Below, piece by piece: positions 28,702 to 40,790 of a DNA stretch of 64,000 nt (positions within the stretch are counted from its first letter, which is position 1; every line of letters starts with the position of its first letter). The notes beneath the pieces are model-generated. The model had not been told where the DNA came from and did not search any database. It saw only the letters and a program-made list of their open reading frames with translations. The stretch is taken from positions 101,992,001-102,056,000 of the forward strand of contig NC_087437.1 in the NCBI RefSeq assembly GCF_036321535.1, written 5' to 3'. Origin of the DNA: Camelus dromedarius. Its lineage: Eukaryota. Position numbers and translations under genes: made by a program.

Positions 28702-30354
28702 CTGCTACAAGCTGAAACTAACACTGCTGCAAACTGGGAGCAAAAAGAACCCCCCAGGGATTCACTAGCATTCTTAATACTCCTTTGCTGAGTAGATTTG
28801 GTCAATGGAGAATTACTTCTATTAAGGTGGTAATGAATTAGACCCAGATAATTCAGAAAAAAAGAGTTAGGTTACCCTTGCTCCAAGAAATAACCCATTT
28901 TATCAGGTTTCCAACAAAGAATTAAAAAAACGTGGAATAAATAGTTTAAAAAAATAAAACTATAGTTATCAAATTAAGTCAGGGTAAGCTACAGATGTGT
29001 GGGTCTGGGGATTGCAAGAGTTAAAAACCCCAGCTTTGTTTTAAGTTAATTGTCTTTGTTCTTCCTTTTTCTCAACCACCATACCCAGAGATTTAGAAGT
29101 CTTTGGGAACATGACAGAAGTGAATCCTCTCCACAAGGATACGTTAGCTGTGCTGCTTTATGCATCCTATTTTAGATATATACACATGTGCACTACATTA
29201 TATATATTCCATATACAGATTACATGTAGTGCAAATGAATGTATCTGTATATTGCATGTATATTTTATATTGTAGTTCAATGTTCAACCTAAACTCTAAA
29301 ATAAAACATAAAATGAGGGCCCTGGATATCCAATCTTCTTTCTTCACTAAGAAATATTTTATAACATTCATTTTAGGTAAAAAATATAGGAGAGATTTTA
29401 ACCACAAGAATATGTATACACTATTTTATCTCACTGAAATATACCTTACTTCTCTTTAGTTTGAATGAATAATGTTTTCATCTAAGGCCAATTCTGAATT
29501 TTTAATTTTTATTTCTATAGTATTGTGTTAAGAAAACTGTGAGATCACAGCTAGGCTCATGATCAAAATATGGAAATAAGTGTTAGTTATGGGCTATGGA
29601 GAAAGAAAAAATACATTTTTACAAGTATTTGATCCTGTCTTTAAGTTTATTTTTAATTATGCATAGTTACATATTTTTGACCCAAAACTGAATCTAAGTG
29701 TAAATATCCTAATGTACAAACAGATCTGAGTACACTTTCTGTTGTCTGAAATAGTGGGAGCAACAGAAATGGCTTCAACAACTTTAAATAAAATGTATTA
29801 AAGATACAGTAGGTGGTTAAAAGGTAAAAATGTTGAAAGGTAAAAAATTAATTAAATAAACAAACAACAACAAAACCTCATCAGTGAGTCCAGAAGCTGG
29901 ATTTGAAACCTAAGCATACTTCCCATAAACTAAGAGCCACAGGAGAACTTTTCACTGGGTATATATAGAGAGTACTTGTGCTGAGTTCAAAAACATACTT
30001 TTAGTAAATGAATATATGTTAGTATCCCAGTATTTCAAAGCATTGTTTCTTTGTAATGAAACAGTGAATTCATTAGAAAATAATACAATAAGATAAAGTG
30101 AAAAATATTGAAGAACTCATGTGTGAAAATGTGTATTTTTTATTCCAGTGTTGCTTGCAACTAAAGCACAAAGATAATTTAAAAAGAAACATCATATTAT
30201 GTTTTACATGTTTGTTCATCTTTTTTATTAAAAACAAATTCATTCATTTGAAACACAGATTTATTCTTCAGCTGAATATATAGAAAGATTTCATTTATTC
30301 TGTGAATCTTTTGTAAGTGACTTTGGAAATTACAGTAGATAATAGCTTTCCATT

Positions 30355-31180
30355 ATTTTAAATAATCCTTATTGAAGCATAATATTCTTTCAGAAGCTGT
30401 ACAAAAATCATAATATACAGGTGGATGGGTTTTAACACAGTGAATTCTCTATATAACAAGCAGTTAGATAGTGAAATAAAGCATCATAAGCTCCCAGAAG
30501 CCACCCCCAGGTTCCCTAGGTTCTTCCCAGAATTGTTAGTTCTTCACCAATATAATAACCTCTCTGATGTTTAACACCATAAATGATTTGGTCTATTTTT
30601 ATATGTTGTACTAATGGAATTTTACTATATGTATTCTTTTGTGTTTGGCATCTTTTACTCAAACTTTTTTGTGAGATGCATCCAAGCAGTAGTTATCTTA
30701 TCTCCTTATATATGTTTCTTTTTATAAATTTGTAAAAACATATATACATATATGTATCTATACATATATGAATATATATACATATATAAATGCTCAAACA
30801 CACTGTTAACGGGCTTTTTTTTTAAGCTTTTGTCTATTTCAAGCAGTGCTGCTACAACACATACTTGAGAATGAAATTGCTGAACACTTAGTTCTAGTAC
30901 AGGATGCCAATGAGTTTTCCAAACCAGTTGTACTGACTTAACGCTACCATCACCAATGTGTAAGAGTTCCAGTTACTCCACATCCTGGACAACACCTACT
31001 ATTATCATTCTTTTTCACTTGATCCATTTTAGTGGTGGTATATGGAAATTTAATTTCATCTTGCAGATTCCTGTTGAATAATGAAGTTGAGTACCTTTTC
31101 ACATGTTTATAAGCTGATTCATTTTGTAAGGATCTCTTCCAGCATTTACATGTTTTATGTGTTTTAATCCATTGCATTTT
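30355..31180 (-). mobile_element. Old L1 (L1MB/L1ME-like) 3' fragment
   Basis: L1 3' motifs. Minus ORF 30950-31216 contains KHVKRYSTSL...YTTTKMDQVKKNDNSRC, similar to L1 ORF2p. Confidence 0.75.
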
Positions 31181-31184
31181 CTGC

Positions 31185-31571
31185 TCCGCATAGAATTGTG
31201 TCTTGCAAAAATTCATAAGTTGAAGTCGTAACTCCTACTACCTCAGAATGTGTCCTTGTTTGGAAAACAGTGTTCTTGCAGATATAATTATGTGAGATGA
31301 GGGCCTATTGGTTTTGGGTGGACCTTAATCAAATACACCTGGTGTCCTTATAAAAAGGGAGAAATTTGGACACAGACACACATACAAGGAAGAATTACCA
31401 TGTGAAGATGAAGATAGACGTTGATGTAGCAGAAACCAAGGAACACCAAAGATTGACAGCAAACCACCAGAATCTAGGAGATAGATAAAGACAGAATTTT
31501 CCCTTGCAGTCCTTAGAAAGAACCAACCTTACTGACATCTTGATCTAGGATGTCTGGCCTCCAGAACTGAA
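31185..31571 (+). mobile_element. MaLR LTR (MLT1B/C-like), 3'-truncated
   Basis: gaattgtgtcttgcaaaaattcata...ggtgtccttataaaaagggagaaatttggacacagacac...tctggcctccagaactga. Confidence 0.85.
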
Positions 31572-32023
31572 GCCCCTTCTGGCCATGGTGAATCTCCCTC
31601 TCTGTCTGAACCAGGTCTGGGAAGGAGAAAGCCTGGGATTTGTTACCGAGTTGTCTTGTGCTTTATATTTTTGTTTAATTTCCTCCATGACTTCAAGCAA
31701 TAATTCAGAAAAGACTTTGTCTTTTAAGATAAACATTAAACTTTGTGTTGCCAGTTGTCTCAAGTCTCTCTACTGCCCAGGGTGGGTACTTCTCCATCAT
31801 GAAGCTAAGGATGTTGAGACAACATGGTGGCGATGGACCAGGCTAGGTTATCTGGGTGGAAATATGTGATGGAAAGACTCAGTCTTGTATTGCACTTAAA
31901 TCTTCCATTGGGAGTCACTGTATAAATACTAGAAGTTTTAAAAGGAAATTATCTGAGAAAAATTAGTCATCCATAATAACAGCCACCTTCAAAAAGGTTC
32001 ATCCCAGGGCCTCAGAGCATATA

Positions 32024-32364
32024 TAGTCATCCCTTGATAACTGCCAGGGATTGACTCCAAACCCCTGCAGAATTGGAGGATGCTCAAGTTCCTTATTTAA
32101 AATGGGTTAGTATTTGCAAATGGCCTTTGCACATCCTCCCCTAAACTTTAAGCCATCTCTAGATTACTTGTAATACCTAATACAGTAAAAATGCTATGTA
32201 AATAATTGTAAATAGTAAATAGTTGTAAATGCTATTTAAAGAGTTGCCTGTGGTGGTAAATTCAAGTTCTGTTTTTTTGGAGCTATATGGAATTTTTTTC
32301 CCAGATATTTCCATCTGCAGTTGATTGAATCTGACACATGTTAAATACAGATGCATCTGGACCG
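32024..32364. mobile_element. MER2/MER2B-like Tigger-family MITE
   Basis: ggatgctcaagttccttatttaaaatgg...catctctagattacttgtaatacctaatacag matches the MER2 body. TA dinucleotides flank both ends. Confidence 0.8.
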
Positions 32365-32743
32365 TAGTGCCATTCATGAATATTGGAAGGAAGGGGCTGA
32401 GCACATATGTAAGACACCAGTCTTTCTTAATTCGAAGATAGCTCTTTCCAGTGTCTGTGTTGCTACTGTTGGAGCTTTCTTAGTACTGAGGTTGCTCATC
32501 TCTCCCTGTTGCCACTGTGTTCAGATTGTCAGTGGTAGGGCCCCAGCTGGAGAGCCACACAGCACTGGGACCAAGGCCAATGCACAATTGTAGTGCTGCC
32601 ACCTCAAGATTCATAGTTTTGCAAGTGGGTATCCAATTGACCCACTATCAAAACCAAATTTTTCTCCACTTTACATCAACTTTTTAATCTCAGATTTTTT
32701 AATTATATTTTCCTTGTCTATTTGTCTATTTCTGAGCTAATTG

Positions 32744-33397
32744 TATTAATGAACCAAACTTGGATCTGCTCACCCATACACAGTAAAGCCAATCTACGGA
32801 CACCAGGTTGTGGTGAAGGAAAGTACAGCGTTTATTGCAGGGTGCCAAGCAGGGAGTCCAGGCAGTTAGTGCTTAAGTGCTTAAAAGACCTGAATTCCCC
32901 TGATGGCTTTCAGGGAAAGGTTTTTAAATACAGAGTGAGGGAAGGGGGTTGTGGGGTACATGATCAGCTTGTGGACATTCTTCTGATTGGTTGGCAGTGA
33001 GGCAGTCGGGATTCTACATCATCAAACTTCTGGCTCCAAACTTTCTGTGGTCTGCTTGCTTGTGGACAACATACGGTTAACTTCTCTAAACACTGGTGGG
33101 TGTTTTAGTATCTGCAAAACAGCTCAAAGGATATAGCTCAGAATATTATCCTTAGCCCTTGAGGAGGAACTATAGGTCCTTGACTGTGCAGTGGCTAAAC
33201 TATTATTATTTTGTCTTGCTTGGCTCTTTTCCTTTGCTTCTGCATTTTCTCACTTATTTGATGAAGTTTAGTCTTGCAACTCGGGAAAGGCCTAAGACGC
33301 TAAAGTTTTTCTAAAGAGAAGAGACAGGCAGAAGACATGGTGGTAGGGGTGGGAAGGTTTGTCCTCGGAAGGCCCCACAGGGTCCTGCTCCATTACA
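32744..33397 (-). mobile_element. ERV1-class solo LTR (654 bp, cetartiodactyl LTR39/MER41-like)
   Basis: Perfect 4-bp TSD attg at 32740-32743 and 33398-33401. Minus-strand AATAAA (tttatt at 32831-32836) and a CCAAT box (gattgg near 32985). It interrupts an old L1 that continues on both sides. Confidence 0.85.
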
Positions 33398-33401
33398 ATT
33401 G

Positions 33402-34025
33402 TATACTGTCATTTTTATTATATATAATTCATCTTTATATCTGAGAATAAAAGTTCTTCGGATTTTTTTATACTTTTGCAAGATCACCCAAGCTCTCCTT
33501 GAGTCTTTTTTCATATAATTTTGAAAACAACTAATCGAGTTTTGCTAAGACACCTGCTGGGATTTTTATTGCGGTTGTTTGAATCAATATATTAATTAGC
33601 AGAGAATTTCCATGTTTACAATATTAATTTTTCCAAACCTTGAACGTGAAATACTGTATTTTTTTAGGTCTTCTTTAATTAATGCTATTCACATTTTGTT
33701 GTTCTTAGGGGAGGGCTATTGTTCCTCTTCTGTTAGATTTATTACCATGCATTTTATTTTTCTTATGCTATCAGAAATATTATCTTTTATCTTTTATTTC
33801 CTAATTGTTTTTCCTCATATGTAAACTTGATCTTTGTAAATTGTCATTGCTAAATGCCGTTATTTTGATTTATCTAATTTACATATATGTATATGTGTTC
33901 ATGTTATTTATAAAAGAAATGCATTTTTACTTATTGCCTTCCAGTCCTTCTACCACATTAAAAATGTCTTTCTTTATTGCACTGGCTATGACCTCCAGTA
34001 TGATAATGACAGGTCATAATATCAT
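33402..34025 (-). mobile_element. Old L1 ORF2 fragment
   Basis: cctgctgggatttttattg...tttacaatattaattttcc...tttattgcactggctatgacctccagta are decayed L1 ORF2 antisense motifs. Confidence 0.7.
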
Positions 34026-35670
34026 TTTTTAAATACCCATAACATATTCTCAGATGAAAAAATCCATATTATTAAGTTTAATAAACATTGTCTCATTTTC
34101 TTTCTTTCCTAGTGGAGTTGCTCAAAATAGTACTCTTTATACTTTGTTCTACACTTTTCAGTCGTTTTACAACTGAGCATATATTGACTTCCGCCAGCCT
34201 ATTTCTATGACATTGGAAAAGCCACCCATCACTCCTTCAAATTATATAGTTTTCCCTTCACTCCTCTATTGTATCTGTAACTCTTTTGAGAGTCTTTATT
34301 GCCTTTGGTGAAGCCACACTTTCATAATGTTTACCAAGTTTAGTTTTTGAGAGAGGAATTTAAAAATCAGGAAGGGCTTATGTTTGTGTCTTTCTATGAA
34401 GAGTTACTTATTTTACCATTTTAAATTCTCTAGACTTAATTTTATCTTGATACAAAATAATATTGATTTACAAGAATTCTGTAGGAAATAAATATGTGTG
34501 AAAGGCCTAGTACAGGGCCAGGCACAAGATGAATGAGTATGTACTTCTGTTACTTCTTTGAAGTGTCTGCTTCTGTTCTTGAACTCTTTGAAATTAGGTT
34601 CTCCTATGGGTTTCATTTAGAGCTTGGTTCTTACTCCAATCACTGGTCTTGAAGGATGTGATCTTATCACTGTCTTTTAAAATTTAGTTTGAGTTTTACC
34701 TCCTTCACTTTTCCTAAGCAAATCTGACTTATATTTTCTTTCTTTGTGTTCTGGTGATACTCTCACATGTCACTTGCTATACTCTACTAACAAACACTTT
34801 CTAGAGTCTCTAGCTTGAATGTTTGTTTTTTGAAGGAAAATGGTGTTTCCTTTCTATATCTGAGGATTTGAGGACTTGAGGCTTCATGAAGCCATTCAGC
34901 CTTTCATTTGTAGATAAATTTTTCAGATTATTACTTATGTATATGGCTGCTTAAACTTTTTATAAGACTTTCACTATTATTATTTATTGAGAAGTATATT
35001 ATAAAATACAGAAATTATCCAGAAAAGTATAAAGGTAGAATAAATAATATACACATAGATTATAGGATTATCATTTATGTGTATTTCCTACTCCTTTCTC
35101 CATTTCTAATGAGAATTCTTACAGATTTGCCTTTTCAAACAATGCTACATGGAATCTCTGTTTCCTTATGACACTCTTGATTCGTGTAGGGAATAAGGAC
35201 TTTAAAACTTATATTAAAGAAATTGTCTCTTAAATAAACAAAATTTACAATCCTATCAGCAGTTTATTATTACTTTTTTTTCTGTTTTCCCACTTCCTGT
35301 CCAACACATGGGGTTTTGAGAGTATCTAATATTTACTAAATAGAATAAAATATTATCAGGGTTGTAGATATATTGGTATGTTCATTAGCCCTTGGTTTGC
35401 TCTTATGTTGACTATCTTTTTTTAATGTTTGTTTTTTGTTGTTTTTTCTCTTATTGGGATGTGTTTCTTTTTGGGAGAAGGGGATATATAGTTATTATTT
35501 TTTAATTTTGTATTTAAATTAGCCATTTTTTTGTCCTATGTGCGAATGTCTTCCCCCAGTTCTTTTTAACTTTTTTAGATTGCAGATTGTGCTTTTGACA
35601 TCACAGAAGCTTTAAAATTTTGACTCAAACTTGTATATGCAATGAAATTTAGCAAATTTCTTCATTAGCT

Positions 35671-35869
35671 TTTTAAAAATATGTTTTTATTGAAGTATTT
35701 TCAGTTTACAATGTTGTGTCAATTTCTAGTGTACAGCACAATACTTCAGTCATATAGGAACATACATACATTCATTCTCATATTCTTCTTCACCATAAGT
35801 TACTAGAAGATATTGGTAATAGTTCCCTGTACTATATGGTATAAACTTGTTAATCTATTTTACAAATTT
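35671..35869 (-). mobile_element. Very short young L1 3' end with TSD
   Basis: Same 3'UTR family as 1742-2247. 17-bp TSD aaatttcttcattagct (35654-35670) / aaatttcttcagtaact (35870-35886), two mismatches. Confidence 0.9.
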
Positions 35870-36683
35870 AAATTTCTTCAGTAACTTTTGAAAACTTCTT
35901 GTAGATTCATGTATTATATTGATTTGCTTGTCATGTTCAATGATACTTTTTCTTATTTATATATGTTTATATATATAATCCTTTGTTATTGCTGATTCAT
36001 TGGAATACTATTACTGTTATATTTTAATACGATTACTGTGCTAAGTAGATCTTCACTGTTGAGGAGTTAATGTTTATTTTCTTAGATTTTCAGCATCATT
36101 ATGTGATTTTTAAGAAAGTTACGTTTTGTCTCTTTTTATTTTCCACTTTCTTCTCTCAACTTTTTGGTTATATTTCTTTGGCTAGGACTTCCAGTACCCT
36201 GCTGATTATGAGCTATATTAGTGAGCAAGCTGGCATTTTGCTTACAGTAAAGGAAATGACTATATTTTTCCCACTCAAGTATGATATTGCTTTGATTCTT
36301 GGCAGGGAGGTTTATCAAGTTGTTAGGATTTATCATAATTGGTACATTTTTATTAGATATATTTTCTGGATGTGCTGAGAGTTTTTCTTTTTGTGTTTAA
36401 TCAGTTAATGTGGTGATTTACAGTGATAATTTTGAAATACCAACCCATTCTTGCATTCCTAGGGCAAATTGTACTAGGTAATGAGTTCAACAGCTTTTAA
36501 TTTTTACTCTCTCCAAATTATTTATGTAATATATAGGATGATCCCTGTCTCAGCTATTTTTCTAGAATTAAAATTTAATAATATGTGGAACACCTGTGTT
36601 TTCAGAGGGAATTTTTTTGACTATTGATTTATTTACTAAGAGTTTTCTGTTACTCTTAAAGCACTCCTACACTCTTGGGTAAT

Positions 36684-37122
36684 TGTATTAGTTTTCTATT
36701 GCTGCATGCCAAATTACCACAAATTTACTGAGTTAAAATTTCTCATATTTTTATCTCAGTTGCCATTGGTCAAGATGCTGGTTACTGCTCACCTGCGTTC
36801 TTTGCCCAGGGCAGCCAAAGGCTGCAGTCAAGTTCTCTGCAGAGATGCATTCTCATCAGAGCCGATACTGGGTAAAGATTAATTTTCAAGCTTCCTTGTA
36901 TTGTTGGCAGAAACCATTTCCTTGTTGATGAGGACCTTGTGGCAGCTGTCTTCTTTAATGCCAGTTGGAGAGTCTCCCACTTCAGGGAGGTTTCCAGTCC
37001 CTCTTTTAAGAACTTTAACCTATTTTAAATCATGCTTATCCAAGATAATCTATTTTGATTGACTCAAAGTGAGCAAATTTGGGACTTTAATGACATCAAC
37101 AAAATCTATTTACTGTTTCCAT
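36684..37122 (-). mobile_element. MaLR LTR (MLT1D/E-like), 5'-truncated
   Basis: tgtattagttttctattgctgc...caaattaccacaaattta...ttgttggcagaaaccatttccttg...gggactttaatgacatc. Confidence 0.8.
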
Positions 37123-37261
37123 TGTCAAGACCTATGTCAAGGCAAGTTTTCCTTATGTTTTCTTTTAGGAGTTTAACAGTTTCAGGCCTTACCAGCTCCA
37201 TTTAATGTTTATACATGTTCATAATGTTTTTATGTTTAAGCCAATTTGTAAGGGGAAAAAA

Positions 37262-38032
37262 GTACTGTTCCCTGTATATACTACGTTTTCTCCTATACAC
37301 ACATTCCTATGATAAAGTTTAAATTATAAATTAGGCAGAGTAAGAGATTAACAACAGTAACTAATATTAAAATAAAACAATTATAACAATAGTCTGTAAT
37401 AAAAGTTATGTGAATGTGGTGTCTCTCTCTCCTTTTCTCAAAATATCTTATTGTACAAATTTAATACCTTTTCCATCTTAACTAAGCACTTATGCACTGT
37501 AGCCAGAACTTTGCAGTTTGAGGTGTGACAGCAAAACTAGCACAATATTTTTCTTTTTTTTTTTTTTTTTACAATTTTATGATAGAAGATTCATTCTTAC
37601 CATAGGTCTTAGCAACTTTAGCATATGATTTTTTTCTTTTCCTTATTAAGTCGAGAATTTTCACCTTTCACTTAAAGGAAGAACTTTACAGCTTCTCTTT
37701 GATGTATCTAAATTGCATGACTACTCTAGCACTTTGGGGCCATTATCGAGTAAAATAAAGTTACTTGAACACAAACACGTGATACCATGGCAGTCAATCT
37801 GATAATCCAGCTGGCTTTGAGGCTACTAAGGGACTAAGGATACACTGGACAAGGGGAAGATTCACATCCAAGAAGGGACAAAGTGGGACTGCTGGAGATT
37901 TCATCACACTATTCAGAACTGCATGCAATTTTAAGCTTATGGTTTTTCTTTCTAGAATGTTGCATTTAGTATTTTTGGACCACTGTTGACTGTGATTCAG
38001 AAACTGAAACCTCTGATAAGGGGGGACTGCTG
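37262..38032 (-). mobile_element. MER44/Tigger7-like DNA transposon, left terminus missing
   Basis: The right end gataagggggactgctg followed by TA matches the MER44 terminal inverted repeat (TIR). The minus strand from 37743 carries a decayed transposase N-terminus (MAPK...SKRSCKVLPLSE...KILDLIRK...KSYAKVAKTYGKNESSI). Confidence 0.88.
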
Positions 38033-38171
38033 TACTTGGTGCTTCACTCCCTGAAGTCTGTGACTAAATACTGTAGAAGAGCAATTCTGCTTACTTGTAC
38101 AACCCATCTCTGTGTTCCTGCTTTATCTTTTCTCCATAGCACTTATCTGTTACTGTTTCTTTGCTGCTGGT

Positions 38172-38635
38172 CTGTGAATTAGTCTGATTCTTGTGAGAGA
38201 AAGACGACGAGAAGGAATTACTTACGCAAGTGATCTGTACGGGTCAATGCCTGTGAGGAAAAACAGAAGGAATCTGGGGAAGTCTGAAAAATTGTCAGAC
38301 CTTAACGTCAGTTGGCTCTGGGTTAAGGAGAGAAAGAAGGAATGCGAGAAGGAAGGGGTGAAATATCTGAGACTTCTATACAAACCTAAAAATATTACAA
38401 GGCTGTTGTGGAGTCTTTGAGTCAAAATATCCCATTAGAGCATTACCAAGTCTCCCAGAAATGGGTGAGCCTGAGTCATTGGCAGGGAGATTCACGCAGA
38501 ATGCATGTCTGTCCTCAAATATCACAAATCTAGTGACAGGTTTCAGAACGTAATAGCTGTAGCTGGTAGTCAATTACACTCCTTGCAAAGACAGTCCTGC
38601 GTGAGATCTGAGAGGCACAACTCAGGGATGCCACA
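38172..38635 (-). mobile_element. ERV-L LTR (LTR16-like) inserted into an L2 3' end
   Basis: Ends gagatctgagaggcacaactcagggatgccaca (reverse of the LTR16 start). L2 3' motifs lie on both flanks (tttctccatagcacttatc; aatagtacctggg...caacaaatg...tgaatagatgaat). Confidence 0.65.
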
Positions 38636-40379
38636 GGCCGTCTCTACCTATTCAAGCCGAGGGGCTTTGTTTACTTCCCTATCCCTGTCACCCACAATAG
38701 TACCTGGGTCTTGGTAGTTGTCAACAAATGCATATGAATAGATGAATTGTCTCTGGAAAAAATAGACATTTATATTTGCTGAAGTGTCATTTTACACATT
38801 AACCTTCTGCCAAGTGCCTCTGGCGATCTTCGACTATAGACTGATGACCTGGGAGGGTGCCTCAGTCCTCATTTAAACTTCACCAAAGGGCATGTAAAAT
38901 TTTTTAAAGGCACCACTTGTCAAGGAACTAGAGAAGTGCCCTAGTAGTAAGTACACACATTATCCTTGTCACTAGTTACTGAAAAGTAATTTCATGGGAT
39001 TTCAATGACAAATGAAGCAAGATCAGTATTGGTGAGGTTCAGAATGGGGTGTGGGCTATCTGGAGTTCAGAATCCTTATGGTGCCTACATTCTCTTTCAT
39101 TAAATACAGCCATAGTTTCAAACAGTTACGTTACTGAAGTGCAATGTTTGTTTGCTTTATTATTGAATAACAGTTCTGCTAAAGGTGATAAAAATATAAA
39201 AGTTGAAATTCACAGGATGTATTAAGCATAGAGAATGAGTAAGCAAGGAACTTTTAAGACAAAGGAAAAATTCATTAAGTGTGTTATGAATGGAAAATAA
39301 TGTAAAAGAGAATAAATGCTCCAGATAAAGGGAAAAAAGATTAGCATATATAGATAAAGATGAAAAGAGCAAGAAAATCTGAAATAAGCATAAGCACAAA
39401 TCCTACCACCTCCAGTTTGACAGTCAGACATCCCTAAATTAGATGCCCATTGGTGACACTCCTTAGGGCTCTATTTGGAACCCATGTGCTCTACACCAGG
39501 AATGCAGTTAATAAGCGCAGCTGCTCAGCAAATCATGGGAAAACTATAGTTATTGGCCAGGTGTATTCTCCCTATGTCCCTTCAGTACAGCTAGTGATCT
39601 TGGCTCCCAGCATCTTCTTTCTGCTGTCTCTCTGCTCAAATCTCAACTTTGATTCTCATAATCATGTCATTATCAAGAAAGAATGTTGTGCAGAAAGAGA
39701 ATGATAGGGATACATAAATGTCTAGTTGAACTTTGTATCTTTGACTGATGAAATAACTCATTAGTTTGGAGGCAAAAGAGAAAATTATTTGAAGTAGTTT
39801 ATGAAATAGAGGTGCTTGGGCTAAGAAAGGTTGATAATGGTAGTGAACGTATTAAAAGTCTGTAAAGGCATTGGTTTCCTCATAGACAGGTGAACTGCAC
39901 TGGGCCTGAGTGACCCAGAGGTCTTTCTGTTCTGTCATCTCAGGCCATGAGCAACCTTTGACACATCATTTTCTGTAAAATATCATTGTCTACATGAGAT
40001 GTGATATAAAAAATTTGAGAATCACTGGTTTCTGATAATACATTGGAAGATGTCCATGACAGTAAAACGTCAATGTATAACCAAAGAGCCCATGGTATCC
40101 ACGTGGAGTAAAGCATCATGCTGTGGGGAACTCTCTTCATTACCAGATTACTCTACAGTATCCCCAAAATGCTAACTGGAATCATTTCATGTACCTCGAT
40201 GATAACTTTTAGAGATATATACTGTTACATTAATCATTTTGCAAATAGGTAAATAGAGGTCTTTCAAAGACTGCTGAATATCCTTTCTCTTCTTCTGCTT
40301 AGAATCACCCAAACCATAATTTTCACGGGGTTAAAACACACTCAGATAAAGCATTAGATTTTCTGAGATTCAGTTGTAA

Positions 40380-40790
40380 AGGCAGGGGATTGAATTTTCC
40401 AAAGATGACTCAAACAACATCTCTCACAACTTACGGTTTTCTAAGAATATGCCATTACCCCATTAAGAGTGGAATCTAATTATTCTTCTCCTTTTGGGCT
40501 AGGTTGTACCATTAATTCTTTCCTTTTTTCACCTTTCTACTTCCTGAAATAATGAAGTAATTGCTGGAGCTCCAGCAACTACTATGTAGCCCTGAGGATA
40601 GAAACTGAAGATAGAGATAGATAATAGAAGGTAGTTGCTTTCCTGATGTCTTCATGGGGTCATCCTAGCAATTCAAAACCTCTGGCTTTTGGAATTTAAC
40701 TATATGGTGGAAAAGTAGCTATTTATGCATTTAAAACATTATTCTAATGGGTTTTCTTGTATGTGTTACCAGTTCTAAACATGATTCATG
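40380..40790 (+). mobile_element. Old MaLR LTR (MLT1-like)
   Basis: ggcaggggattgaattttccaaagatg...ttgctggagctccagcaactactatgtagccctgagg. Confidence 0.5.

Larger units (their letters stand above)
25860..29010 (+). mobile_element. Decayed ERV-L-type internal region (gag, integrase and dUTPase-region remnants), interrupted at 27667-28701
   Basis: ORF 26056-26376 (NQTKRLLFRAAELK...EEWNIEILYQNIWADTDEGDNFD) resembles ERV-L Gag. ORF 26699-26935 (WVHVQTDHGGKDRG...KHGFLLTMNDLFTVTNKCLT) resembles the ERV-L integrase HHCC region. 27244-27282 reads AGLIE*WNNVLKT, the integrase core AGLIERWNGLLK motif. Many stops and frameshifts. Confidence 0.82.
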
